DNA from: an uncultured Oscillospiraceae bacterium
Lineage (GTDB): Bacteria; Bacillota; Clostridia; Oscillospirales; Oscillospiraceae
Length of the DNA: 64,000 nucleotides
Direction: 5' to 3'
Assembly: GCA_964461385.1 (NCBI GenBank)
Contig: CAYWUA010000003.1
Coordinates: 9,454 to 73,453, forward strand
The position numbers and the translations under genes were made by a program. Below the pieces are notes generated by a model, which was given only the letters and a program-made list of their open reading frames with translations, searched no databases and was not told where the DNA came from. The first letter of the stretch is position 1; each line of letters starts with the position of its first letter. This document shows positions 8,446 to 17,336 of the stretch, piece by piece.

Positions 8446-8996
8446 CGCGCGGACACGTCCTTTCGGTAAAGAGTGACCTTGATTTTACCATAGCGATATT
8501 CCCGGCCGCGCCGGTAGGGAGCCGGCAGCTCCGGCAGCTCCCGTTCCAGGGGACTTTCACAGATGATTATACCATTTTCGGCAAGGATGTCAATTGCAGC
8601 GACGGTTTTTAATGCATTTTCCAATAAATCTGTCTGGTACGGCGGATCCAAAAAGATCAGGTGGAAGTTCTGACGCATCCGGCGCAGGCACTCCGGCGCC
8701 TCCGCCTGGAGCACATTAGCCCGATCCTCTAATCCGGTCAGGCGGAGATTGTCCCGGATGAGCCGCACCGCCTCGCGCCGGTGGTCAACGAAGGTGCAGT
8801 GCTCCGCACCCCGGCTGAGGCACTCAATGCCCATCTGGCCGGTACCGGCAAACAGATCAAGCACGCGCCGGCCCTCGATGTCAAATTGGATAATATTGAA
8901 AATGCCCTCCTTCACCCGGTCGGTGGTCGGTCGGGTGTCCGTGCCGGAGAGCTGGCCCAGCCGCTTTCCGCGGGCAGTGCCGGTGATCACTCGCAT
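8442..8996 (-). CDS. rsmD: 16S rRNA (guanine966-N2)-methyltransferase RsmD
   Basis: MRVITGTARGKRL...RPTTDRVKEGIFNI...LDLFAGTGQMGIE...FLDPPY. ATGA overlap with coaD. Confidence 0.9.
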   Translation of the reverse strand: MRVITGTARGKRLGQLSGTDTRPTTDRVKEGIFNIIQFDIEGRRVLDLFAGTGQMGIECLSRGAEHCTFVDHRREAVRLIRDNLRLTGLEDRANVLQAEAPECLRRMRQNFHLIFLDPPYQTDLLENALKTVAAIDILAENGIIICESPLERELPELPAPYRRGREYRYGKIKVTLYRKDVSAR

Positions 8997-10864
8997 GGGG
9001 TCTCCTCCTTCTGCTGCGCGGGATGCAAATACCTCCAGACATCCCGCGCCACCGCAGCGGGCACTACGGCGGCCAGGTCCTCCTCAGTGGCCGCGCGCAG
9101 GGCCTCCATCGTCTTAAAATGGTCCAACAGGGCACGGCGGCGGGCTGGGCCAACGCCGGGCACCTCCTCCAGCGCGGAGGCCACCGCCTGGCGCGCATGG
9201 CTCTCGCGATGGAAGGTAATAGCAAAGCGGTGCGTCTCCTCCTGAATCCGCCCGATGAGGGCGAAGAGGGCCTGCTGCTGCCCGAGTCCGATCTCCCGCC
9301 CATCCGGAGTGACGAGAGCGCGGGTGCGGTGGCGGCTGTCTTTCACCATGCCGAACACCGGCACCTGCAAGCCGAGCCGGGTGAGCACTGAGACCGCCAC
9401 GTTCACCTGCCCCTGCCCGCCGTCCATCAGGATCAGATCGGGCAGGACGGAGAACTTCTCGTCCCCGTCCAGGCAGCGGCGAAAGCGGCGGGTGAGCACC
9501 TGCTCCATGGAGGCGTAGTCGTCCGGGTGGTCCATGTCGCGCAGCTTAAAGCGGCGGTAGTCCCTGCGCAGCGGCTTCCCCTCCACAAAGACGGTCATGG
9601 AGGCGACGATATTGCTCGCGCCGGTGTTGGAGATGTCGTAGGCCTCAATCCGCTCCGGGGCCCGCTCCAGACCGAGTGTGCGGCCGAGCAGTTCCATCAG
9701 ACGGCTCTGCCGCTCTTGGGCAGTGGTGGCCCGCTCCGCCTCGTCCATGGCGGTGCGCTCAGCCAGCTGGATCAGGTTAAGCCGGTCCCCCCGTTTCGGG
9801 ACAGTGAGTGTCACCTTCCGCCCTGCGTTCCGGGTCAGCAGCTCTCCCAGCTCCTCCAGGTCATCAAAGGCGCGCGGCAGCAGAATCTCTCGCGGCAGCG
9901 TGCTGCGGGCGAGATAGTACTGTTTTGCCAGGGCGGAGACGATCTCCGCCGTCTCCTCCTCCATCGGCGTGGGGAGCACCTCGGTGTCCCTCCCGGCGAG
10001 GGCGCCGCTGAGGTAGTGCTGCACGACAAAACAGCTCTTGGCGGTCCCGCGGTAGAAGCCCACCACGTCGGTGTCCGCCCGGGAAGTGGCGACCGCCTGC
10101 TGCCGGGTGCCGAGCAGCTCGATCGCCCGCAGCCGGTCGCGCAGCTCCGCCGCTTCCTCAAAGCGCAGCGCCTCCGCCGCGCAGTTCATAGCCTCGCGCA
10201 GCTCCTGCTCTACCTGGGAGAACTTACCTTCCAGCAATCGGACCGCCTGATAGATGCGCGCCTGATAATCCGCCTGAGTCAGCCGCCCGCGGCACCAGCC
10301 GTCACAAATGCCGAGGTGATGGTTCAGGCAGGGGCGCTCTTTCCCGATGTCGCGCGAGAACTGCCTCCGGCAGGTGGGCAGGCGCAAAGCGTTGCAGATG
10401 GCCTTAATGCTCTCCGCCGTCGCGCTGCGGCCGCCGTAGGGTCCAAAATAGTGCGCCCCGTCCTTGGCCGGCCGGGAGACCATGGAGAAGCGGGGATAGT
10501 CCTCCGATGACAGCCGGACATAGGGATATCCCTTGTCATCCTTTAAGAGAATATTGTAGCGCGGCTTGTGGCGCTTGATGAGGGAGTTCTCCAGCACCAG
10601 CGCCTCAAACTCACTCGAGGCGAGCAGGTAGTCAAAGTGATCGATCTGGGCGACCATCGCCCGCGTCTTGGCGTTGTGGCTGGCAAGATCCGCGAAGTAC
10701 TGGCTCACCCGGTTCTTCAGCGCGCGGGACTTGCCGACGTAGATCACCTTGCCCGAGGCGTCCATCATAATATAGACCCCCGGCCCCAGCGGGAGGGAGT
10801 GGGCTTTTTCCTTCAATTCTTCGCGCGTCACCGTTCTCACCGCCTTCCCTGCACGGCTGTCCAA
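8987..10864 (-). CDS. uvrC: Excinuclease ABC subunit C
   Basis: GIY-YIG N-terminus (PGVYIMMDASGKVIYVGKSRALKNRVSQYF), a UVR domain and a C-terminal HhH. The ORF-track start is TTG 10864. GTG near 10831 gives a more typical N-terminus. Confidence 0.95.
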   Translation of the reverse strand: MDSRAGKAVRTVTREELKEKAHSLPLGPGVYIMMDASGKVIYVGKSRALKNRVSQYFADLASHNAKTRAMVAQIDHFDYLLASSEFEALVLENSLIKRHKPRYNILLKDDKGYPYVRLSSEDYPRFSMVSRPAKDGAHYFGPYGGRSATAESIKAICNALRLPTCRRQFSRDIGKERPCLNHHLGICDGWCRGRLTQADYQARIYQAVRLLEGKFSQVEQELREAMNCAAEALRFEEAAELRDRLRAIELLGTRQQAVATSRADTDVVGFYRGTAKSCFVVQHYLSGALAGRDTEVLPTPMEEETAEIVSALAKQYYLARSTLPREILLPRAFDDLEELGELLTRNAGRKVTLTVPKRGDRLNLIQLAERTAMDEAERATTAQERQSRLMELLGRTLGLERAPERIEAYDISNTGASNIVASMTVFVEGKPLRRDYRRFKLRDMDHPDDYASMEQVLTRRFRRCLDGDEKFSVLPDLILMDGGQGQVNVAVSVLTRLGLQVPVFGMVKDSRHRTRALVTPDGREIGLGQQQALFALIGRIQEETHRFAITFHRESHARQAVASALEEVPGVGPARRRALLDHFKTMEALRAATEEDLAAVVPAAVARDVWRYLHPAQQKEETPCE

Positions 10865-10941
10865 ATGCGTCCGGATAAACTGAGAGCACCGCCGCGCGGT
10901 GCCCTCTCTCTTTCACTTTCCTTTGTCCTGCCCGGCACGAG

Positions 10942-11202
10942 TCAACCGAGACCCTCGGCCAGCAACTGGACCAGGCTGTCGATTGCCTCTGCCTCGTCCA
11001 CGCCGTCGGCAATCAGGGTAACGGTCGTCCCCTGCACAACCCCCAGCGAGAGCACGCCCAGCAGACTCTTGGCGTTCACACGACGTTCTTCCTTCTCCAT
11101 CCAGATCGAACTTTTGAACTCATTGGCCTTCTGGATAAAAAAGGTGGCCGGCCGGGCGTACAGACCCACCCGGTTGTTGACTACTGCTTCTTTTACGGTC
11201 AT
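10942..11202 (-). CDS. HPr-family phosphocarrier paralog with Tyr at the His15 position (Crh-like)
   Basis: Start at ATG 11202. It reads MTVKEAVVNNRVGLYARPATFFIQ...VNAKSLLGVLSLG. This is the canonical HPr fold signature, but GLHARPA is replaced by GLYARPA. The regulatory Ser46 context KSLLG is retained. Confidence 0.85.
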   Translation of the reverse strand: MTVKEAVVNNRVGLYARPATFFIQKANEFKSSIWMEKEERRVNAKSLLGVLSLGVVQGTTVTLIADGVDEAEAIDSLVQLLAEGLG

Positions 11203-11240
11203 AAAAGATCCCCCCAAAGCATTGTCTGTCATGATATTTT

Positions 11241-11270
11241 ATCATATCAGATTTTTCCCGCCGCCGTCAA
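11241..11270 (-). promoter_or_regulatory. Candidate promoter of the HPr-like gene
   Basis: The minus strand reads TTGACG-18 nt-TATGAT, about 40 nt upstream of ATG 11202. Confidence 0.4.
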
Positions 11271-11349
11271 CGGCATTTTCAACAAACTTCCCCGGCTTTC
11301 CTGCCGGAGAGGACACCATCTGCGCGCAAGGCGTCCAAACAGGACTTTT

Positions 11350-13728
11350 TTACCGCAGCTCCACCACCGTCACGCCGTTCTCCCCCTCGCCGAAGCGGCC
11401 CGGCCGAAAACATTTGACATATTTGCAATTTTTCAGATGCTGCTGCACCGCCTGGCGCAGCGCTCCCGTCCCCTTGCCGTGGATAATGGTCACCGTCTGG
11501 AGCCGGGCCATCACCGCATCGTCCAAAAAGCGGTCGATCACACCGGTGCACTCATCGGTCATCAGTCCGCGAATATCCAGCTCGGAGGGGGCGCCCGCCG
11601 CGCGCAGCGGCCGGTCCACCCGCCCGGCAGAGGGGGCTGGCTTGGGCCGGGTATTCTTTTTCCCCTGTCCCTCCACGACGCGGACCTCGTCCTGGCTCGC
11701 CGTGACCGTCATCGCGCCGGCCTCCAGGCGCAGGCTTCCGTCCTTGTTCACGGCGGCCACCCGGGCCTTTGTCCCGACGCGCAGCAGCTCGACGGTATCC
11801 CCCACCTCCGCCGGGCGGCTGATGGGGGGCAGCGCCTCCCGCGCCGGGGCGAGGCGGGCCTCCGCCTCGTTCAGGCTGTGGCGCAGGCGGCTGCGGCGCT
11901 CGTTGGCCTCCTGGGCGGACTCCTCCCGCCGGGCCTGCTTTTTCATCTCATCCAGCTCCTGGAACACGCGGTTGGAGACGGCGCGCGCCTCACGCACGAT
12001 CTCCTCCGCCTCGCGCCGGGCCTCCTGGGCCGCCTGCCGGCGGACGCTTTCCAGGTGGCGGCGCTCGGCCGCGGCTGCCGCGGCGTCCGACTCCATCTGC
12101 ACGCGCAGGCGCTCGGCCTCCTCTTTCGCGCGCTCCATCTCCTGGCGCTGCCGCTCCAGGCGGGCGAGCACGTCCTCAAACTGGACGTTCTGCCGGTCGA
12201 TGCGTCCGGCGGCGTTCCGAATAATATGCTCCGGCAGACCCAGCCGCCGCGAGATGGCAAAGGCGTTGGACTTGCCCGGCACGCCGATGAGCAGGCGGTA
12301 GGTGGGCCGGAGCGTCTCCACGTCGAACTCACAGGAGGCGTTCTCCACCCCCGGCTCGGTCATGGCGTAGGTCTTGAGCTCGGCGTAGTGCGTGGTGGCG
12401 GCCACCTTGGCGCCCAGCGAGCGCGCCTCCTCGATGATGGCGACCGCCAGCGCCGCGCCCTCAATCGGGTCGGTGCCCGCGCCCAGTTCGTCGAGCAAAA
12501 TCAGGCTGCCCTCCCCCGCCTCAGAAAGGATGCCGACGATGTTGGTGATGTGAGCTGAAAAGGTGGACAGCGACTGCTCGATGGACTGCTCGTCGCCGAT
12601 GTCGGCCAGGATCTCGCGGTAGATCGGGCAGCGGCTGCCGTCGGCCACCGGCAGGTGGAGGCCGCACTGGGCCATCAGGCACAGCAGGCCCGCCGTCTTG
12701 AGGGTGACCGTCTTTCCGCCGGTATTCGGGCCGGTGATCACCAGTGTGTCAAAGGTGATGCCGAGGTTCAGGTCGATCGGCACCGCCTTTTTCCGGTCCA
12801 GCAGGGGATGGCGCGCGGCGAGAAAGCGCAGCGAGCCGTCTGCGGTGAGCTGCGGCTCAATCGCCTCCATCTGTACAGAGAGCCGTCCGCGGGCAAAGAT
12901 GAGGTCGAGCGCGACGAGCAGATCGCAGTCGAGCAGGATATCTTCCCGGAAGCCCGCCGCCTCGGCGGAGAGGGCGGCGAGGATCCGCTCAATCTCCTTC
13001 TCCTCCCGCGCTTGCAGCTCGCGCAGCTCGTTATTCGCCTTGACCGCCGCCATCGGCTCGACAAAGAAGGTGGAGCCGGAGGCGGACACGTCGTGCACCA
13101 GGCCGGGGACGTTTCCGCGGCACTCCGCCTTCACCGGCACGACGAAGCGGCCGGAGCGGATGGTGACGATGGGCTCCTGGAGGTACTTGGCCGACGAGGA
13201 GGAGATGATCCGCTGGAGCACTTCCCGCGCCTTGCCGGAAGCGGCGCGGATCTTGCGGCGCACGTCGGCCAGCGCGGGGCTGGCCTGATCGGCGATCTCC
13301 TCTTCCGAGAGGATGGCGCCGGTGATCTTGTTTTCCAGATAGGCGTTGGCGACCAGGGAGCGGAACATCCCGTCCAGGCAGGTGGGCTCCTCCGCGTCGC
13401 CGAGGCTCGCCTTGGCCTGACGGGCACACCGGAGCACCCCGGCGATGTCCAGCAGCTCGCGCGGGTTGAGCGAGCCGCCGAGGGAGGCCCGCTGCAGGGC
13501 GGCCTCCACCGGGCGCAGCCCGGCGAAATTGGGCGCGCGTCCCACGTCGAGCAGGGCGCGGGCCGCACTGGTCTCCGCCTGAAGGCGGCGGACCTCCTCC
13601 AGGTCGGTCTCCGGCCGGAGGGCGCGGGCCCGCTCCTGCGCGGCCAGGCTCGACGCCTGCGCGGCCAGCAGCTCGAGCACCTGCGGCAGCTCGAGCGTGC
13701 GGATGGATTTTTCAAAGCGTTCTGTCAT
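11350..13728 (-). CDS. mutS2: Endonuclease MutS2 (MutS domain V ATPase plus C-terminal Smr)
   Basis: 792 aa. Has the Walker A motif ITGPNTGGKTVTLKT, LLDELGAGTDP, and the C-terminal Smr segment LDIRGLMTDE...TIIHGKGTGALR. Confidence 0.95.
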   Translation of the reverse strand: MTERFEKSIRTLELPQVLELLAAQASSLAAQERARALRPETDLEEVRRLQAETSAARALLDVGRAPNFAGLRPVEAALQRASLGGSLNPRELLDIAGVLRCARQAKASLGDAEEPTCLDGMFRSLVANAYLENKITGAILSEEEIADQASPALADVRRKIRAASGKAREVLQRIISSSSAKYLQEPIVTIRSGRFVVPVKAECRGNVPGLVHDVSASGSTFFVEPMAAVKANNELRELQAREEKEIERILAALSAEAAGFREDILLDCDLLVALDLIFARGRLSVQMEAIEPQLTADGSLRFLAARHPLLDRKKAVPIDLNLGITFDTLVITGPNTGGKTVTLKTAGLLCLMAQCGLHLPVADGSRCPIYREILADIGDEQSIEQSLSTFSAHITNIVGILSEAGEGSLILLDELGAGTDPIEGAALAVAIIEEARSLGAKVAATTHYAELKTYAMTEPGVENASCEFDVETLRPTYRLLIGVPGKSNAFAISRRLGLPEHIIRNAAGRIDRQNVQFEDVLARLERQRQEMERAKEEAERLRVQMESDAAAAAAERRHLESVRRQAAQEARREAEEIVREARAVSNRVFQELDEMKKQARREESAQEANERRSRLRHSLNEAEARLAPAREALPPISRPAEVGDTVELLRVGTKARVAAVNKDGSLRLEAGAMTVTASQDEVRVVEGQGKKNTRPKPAPSAGRVDRPLRAAGAPSELDIRGLMTDECTGVIDRFLDDAVMARLQTVTIIHGKGTGALRQAVQQHLKNCKYVKCFRPGRFGEGENGVTVVELR

Positions 13729-13751
13729 AGGATTCCCTCAAATATGGATCT

Positions 13752-14519
13752 TCAGCCCGCTCCCCCGGGGAGCAGACAAATCTGTTTGTAAAAGTCCAGC
13801 GTGCGAAAGCCCCGCTCGAGCTGGGCGAGCAGAAACGCCTCGCACACGTCGGCCAGCTCACCCCGGGCAGCCCCCTCCAACCGGAAAGAGAGCAGCCGCC
13901 GCCCCGGGCAGGAGACGATGTGCCGCATCGCAGCGAGCGTCGCGGCCGAGACCGGCAGCGAGATGCCCCCCTCGCGCTCTCCGCCGCAGCCGCGGCAGCG
14001 GAGCACCCCCTCGGTCAGGCTCAGCTGCGGCTCCTCCGGGTCGGGGCGGCCGCAGTCGGCGCAGCCGTCCAGCAGCGGCTCAAACCCGGCCAGGCTCACC
14101 GCGCGCAGCTCAAAGGCGGGCTTGACCGTCTCCGGAACGGCGCCCAGCCGGTCCAGGGCATAGAGGCAGTTGAGCAGCAGCGGCAGCAGCTCGTCGGGCG
14201 GGTTGCCCTCCGGGACCAGACTCTCGATCACCTCGGCAAAGTAGGCCCCGAGAGACAGACGCTCCAGATCGCTGCGCAGGCCGCGAAATTCCAGCTCAAT
14301 CGCCGCCTCGGTCACGCTCCAGCGGCCGCGAAACTCCGCCAGCGTCATCTCCGACCACACCAGCTGCTGGCAGGCAGCGGAGAGCCCGTTGCCCTTCTTC
14401 CGGCAGCCGCGGGCCTGGGCGGTGATCTTGCCGAGGTCCGGCGTGAGCAGGGTGAGAATTTTATCCGACTCCTTGTAGGCCGCCTCCCGCAGGACGATGG
14501 CCCGGGTGGTCACATGCAT
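13752..14519 (-). CDS. recO: DNA repair protein RecO
   Basis: The internal ATG 14519 (GGGGAGGGAG RBS) gives MHVTTRAIVLREAAYKESDKILTLLT. A zinc motif CADCG...CRGCGG is present. The ORF-track TTG start at 14591 overlaps yqzL. Confidence 0.85.
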   Translation of the reverse strand: MHVTTRAIVLREAAYKESDKILTLLTPDLGKITAQARGCRKKGNGLSAACQQLVWSEMTLAEFRGRWSVTEAAIELEFRGLRSDLERLSLGAYFAEVIESLVPEGNPPDELLPLLLNCLYALDRLGAVPETVKPAFELRAVSLAGFEPLLDGCADCGRPDPEEPQLSLTEGVLRCRGCGGEREGGISLPVSAATLAAMRHIVSCPGRRLLSFRLEGAARGELADVCEAFLLAQLERGFRTLDFYKQICLLPGGAG

Positions 14520-14587
14520 ATGTACGCTCCCTCCCCTGGCAGGTATCCGCCCGGAGAACGGCCCCGCGGGCCGCCCTCCGGGGGCGG

Positions 14588-14722
14588 TCAAACCTCTTTT
14601 TTTCGTCCGTCTGCGCGCAGGGCTTTCTCTTTGGCCCTATGCCGGTCACAAGCCTTGCAAAACGTGTACGCCTGCGGCAGACCGGTGGCAAAAAACAATT
14701 TCCAAAGTTCCCGTTCTTCCAT
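14588..14722 (-). CDS. yqzL: YqzL-like small protein (44 aa)
   Basis: Too short for the ORF track; translated by hand as MEERELWKLFFATGLPQAYTFCKACDRHRAKEKALRADGRKKEV. GAGGAGG RBS upstream. It shows the W-x2-F-x2-TG-x4-Y pattern and the era/recO neighbourhood seen for Bacillus yqzL. Confidence 0.55.
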   Translation of the reverse strand: MEERELWKLFFATGLPQAYTFCKACDRHRAKEKALRADGRKKEV

Positions 14723-14782
14723 CTCCCCGACCTCCTCGCCCGATTAGTATGGCAGGATTTCGTCGGAAAATGTCTGGAAAAT

Positions 14783-15553
14783 TCAGAACATCAGCGCCCG
14801 CAGCCCCACCAGCGCCAGCAGGTGCGCGGGGTAAAAGAGATAGAAGCCCCAGCGTGAGCTGCGACCGCGCTGCCCGTTGTAGAGCAGCGTCAGCTCCAGG
14901 CCGAGCACGGCCACGATCTCAATCCAATTATTCTCCAAAAAGCAGTAGATGAGGATGACCAGCGCGCCGGGCACGACAGGCGGCAGGCGAAGCTCCTGGC
15001 CCCCCGCATCCCGTTCTGCGTACCGGCTCACCCCGAGGACCAGGATGAGCGCGACGCCAAAGGCGCCGTAATCCGTCGCGAGCCACTCTGCCGCTGCGGC
15101 GCACAGGAGCAGCGGCGGCAGCGCAGCGGGCCAGTGCGCCCAGCGCGGCAGGCGGCGGGCCAGCGCGTCCCAGCCCCAGAGGGCCAACAGGCCGAGCAGC
15201 AGGGTGAAAAAGACGTTTTGATACCCGCCGTCCCAGACCGTGCCGCGAAAGGCGAGGTCAAACGGAACCTCGGAAACCAGGGCAAACAAGCCCAGCCGCA
15301 GGGCATAGCGTCCCCGGCTGTGGGTATAGGAAAATCCCTCCGTCAATTGAAAGCAAAAGATGGGAAAGGCCAATCTCCCCGCTATGCGCAGCAGGACATA
15401 CAGGCCGTACCACATCCCGGCCCGCGCCGTACCGCCGGCGGAGAGGCAGGCCTCCCAGACCAGCACATAGCCGATGTGGTCGAGCAGCATGCTCGCGATG
15501 GCAATCCGCTTGAGCCCGCTGCCGGAGAGAAGGCCGGGACGCACCTGCTCCAC
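14783..15553 (-). CDS. TraX-family membrane protein
   Basis: 256-aa polytopic ORF with the TraX N-terminal signature LSGSGLKRIAIASMLLDHIGYVL. GTG start 4 nt after the era stop. Confidence 0.8.
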   Translation of the reverse strand: MEQVRPGLLSGSGLKRIAIASMLLDHIGYVLVWEACLSAGGTARAGMWYGLYVLLRIAGRLAFPIFCFQLTEGFSYTHSRGRYALRLGLFALVSEVPFDLAFRGTVWDGGYQNVFFTLLLGLLALWGWDALARRLPRWAHWPAALPPLLLCAAAAEWLATDYGAFGVALILVLGVSRYAERDAGGQELRLPPVVPGALVILIYCFLENNWIEIVAVLGLELTLLYNGQRGRSSRWGFYLFYPAHLLALVGLRALMF

Positions 15554-15556
15554 CGC

Positions 15557-16453
15557 TCAGTCCTCCGTAAAGCCAAAGCTGCGGATCAGCCCTGGGTTGT
15601 CGCGCCAGTTCTCCTTCACCTTCACCCAGGTCTGGAGATTCACATGCGCATCCAAAAATGCCTCCATGTCCTCCCGGGCGAGCGAGGAGATCTTTTTCAG
15701 CATCGCGCCCTTTTTCCCGATGATGATGCCCTTGTGACTCTCCTTCTCGCAGAAGATGGTCGCCTCAATGTCGATCAGGCCCTCCCGCCGCTCACGGAAG
15801 CGCTCGACGGAGACGGCAGTGCCGTGCGGGATCTCCTTGTCCAGGCACAGCAACAGCTTCTCGCGTAAGATCTCCCCCACGATCTGCCGCTCCGGCTGGT
15901 CGGTAAAGGCGTCGGCAGGGAAATACCATGGGGAGGGCTGGAGAAAGCGCGCCAGTACGCCGAAGAGGTCCTCCACCCCATCCCCCATCTTGGCCGAAAG
16001 GGGGAGCACCGCGTCAAAGTCATGCTCAGCCTGATAGGCGGCGATGACGGCGAGGAGCTTGTCCTTGTGCACCACTCGGTCCACCTTATTAATCACCAGC
16101 ACAGAGGGGACGCCGAGCTGTGCCATCCGGCGCATCAGTTCGCGCTCTGCATCCCCCGGCGCGGGCACCGGCTCGACGACGAGCACCGCCGCGTCCACGT
16201 CCGCCACGCTCGCGCGGGAGACCCCGTCCATATACTCTCCCAGCCGGGTTTTGGCTCGGTGCAGGCCGGGGGTATCCAGAAATACATATTGCGCCTGCCC
16301 CCGCGTCACCACGCCGGTGATGCGGTTGCGGGTGGTCTGGGGCTTGTCAGTGACGATGGCCACGCTCTCCCCCACCAAGGCGTTGAGTAGGGTGGACTTG
16401 CCCACGTTGGGGCGGCCCACAATGGCAATCATGCCGCAGGTCGTCTGTTCCAT
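15557..16453 (-). CDS. era: GTPase Era
   Basis: IAIVGRPNVGKSTLLN, DTPG, NKVD and a C-terminal KH domain (KGIIIGKKGAMLK). Confidence 0.95.
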   Translation of the reverse strand: MEQTTCGMIAIVGRPNVGKSTLLNALVGESVAIVTDKPQTTRNRITGVVTRGQAQYVFLDTPGLHRAKTRLGEYMDGVSRASVADVDAAVLVVEPVPAPGDAERELMRRMAQLGVPSVLVINKVDRVVHKDKLLAVIAAYQAEHDFDAVLPLSAKMGDGVEDLFGVLARFLQPSPWYFPADAFTDQPERQIVGEILREKLLLCLDKEIPHGTAVSVERFRERREGLIDIEATIFCEKESHKGIIIGKKGAMLKKISSLAREDMEAFLDAHVNLQTWVKVKENWRDNPGLIRSFGFTED

Positions 16454-16462
16454 ATCACAATC

Positions 16463-16822
16463 CTACCTTTTTTCATTCGTATCCGCCCGCAGCGCCCAGA
16501 AGAGAGCGGCCGGGACGGAGAGGGCGAAGAGCGCCCAGGAGCCAGCCGAGCATCGCGCGGTAATGGCCGCCGCGCCGAGGGAGAGCAGCAGCACCGCCCC
16601 GGCTGCGCAGTCCTTGGCCTGGCCGATGAGTGAGTCCCTCTCCCGCGTCACGCGGTCGGCGAGCAGCTCGACCGCCCACTCCGCTGGGGAGAGGCGCGCC
16701 ATCCACCCCGTCCAGAGCACATAGAGCGCCGCGCAGAGCTGGAGGCGGAAGTTGCGCCCCGTGCGCAACAGATACCGCAGCCCGCGCAGGGCATAGGAAA
16801 AAGCGCGCAGAAGGCCGCGCAT
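16463..16822 (-). CDS. Diacylglycerol/undecaprenol kinase (DgkA)-family protein, apparently degenerate
   Basis: The N-terminus AFSYALRGLRYLLRTGRNFRLQL and the segment AKDCAAGAVLL match DgkA. The region between them is about 18 aa shorter than I recall for DgkA and lacks the E-x2-NTAIE-x2-VD motif. Confidence 0.6.
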   Translation of the reverse strand: MRGLLRAFSYALRGLRYLLRTGRNFRLQLCAALYVLWTGWMARLSPAEWAVELLADRVTRERDSLIGQAKDCAAGAVLLLSLGAAAITARCSAGSWALFALSVPAALFWALRADTNEKR

Positions 16823-16823
16823 C

Positions 16824-17315
16824 TCAGCGCGTCAGGCCGAGACGGGCCATGACGGCCTCTTCCCGCTCCCGCATCCGGCGCTTCTCCTCCCCCTCGTCCA
16901 GGTGGTCGTAGCCGAGCAGGTGGAGGACGGAGTGCACGGCGAGATAGGCCAACTCCCGGGAGAGGGGATGGCCATACTCCTCCGCCTGCGCGCGGGCGCG
17001 CGGAAGCGAGATCGCCATGTCTCCGAGAGGAAAGAGGCCTGTCTCCGGATCGGTCTCGGCGCTCTCCGCCGTAGGCGGCTCGCCAGGTGTGAGGTCAAAC
17101 ATCGGGAAGGAGAGCACGTCGGTCGGCCGGTCTACCCCGCGCTGCTCACGGTTGATCGCCTGGATGCCCGCCTCATCGGTGAGCAGGACGTTGATCTCGC
17201 AGGGGACGGCGACCCCTTCCTCCTCCAGCGCGGCCGCAATCGCGCGGCGCAGCAGCGACTCGCAGACAGCGAGGTCCTCCTCCCGCTGCGCGTCCATCCA
17301 GATCACATGTTCCAT
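16824..17315 (-). CDS. ybeY: rRNA maturation endoribonuclease YbeY
   Basis: HSVLHLLGYDH zinc motif. 163 aa. Confidence 0.95.
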   Translation of the reverse strand: MEHVIWMDAQREEDLAVCESLLRRAIAAALEEEGVAVPCEINVLLTDEAGIQAINREQRGVDRPTDVLSFPMFDLTPGEPPTAESAETDPETGLFPLGDMAISLPRARAQAEEYGHPLSRELAYLAVHSVLHLLGYDHLDEGEEKRRMREREEAVMARLGLTR

Positions 17316-17336
17316 GGTCCTCTCTCCCCTTTCCGG

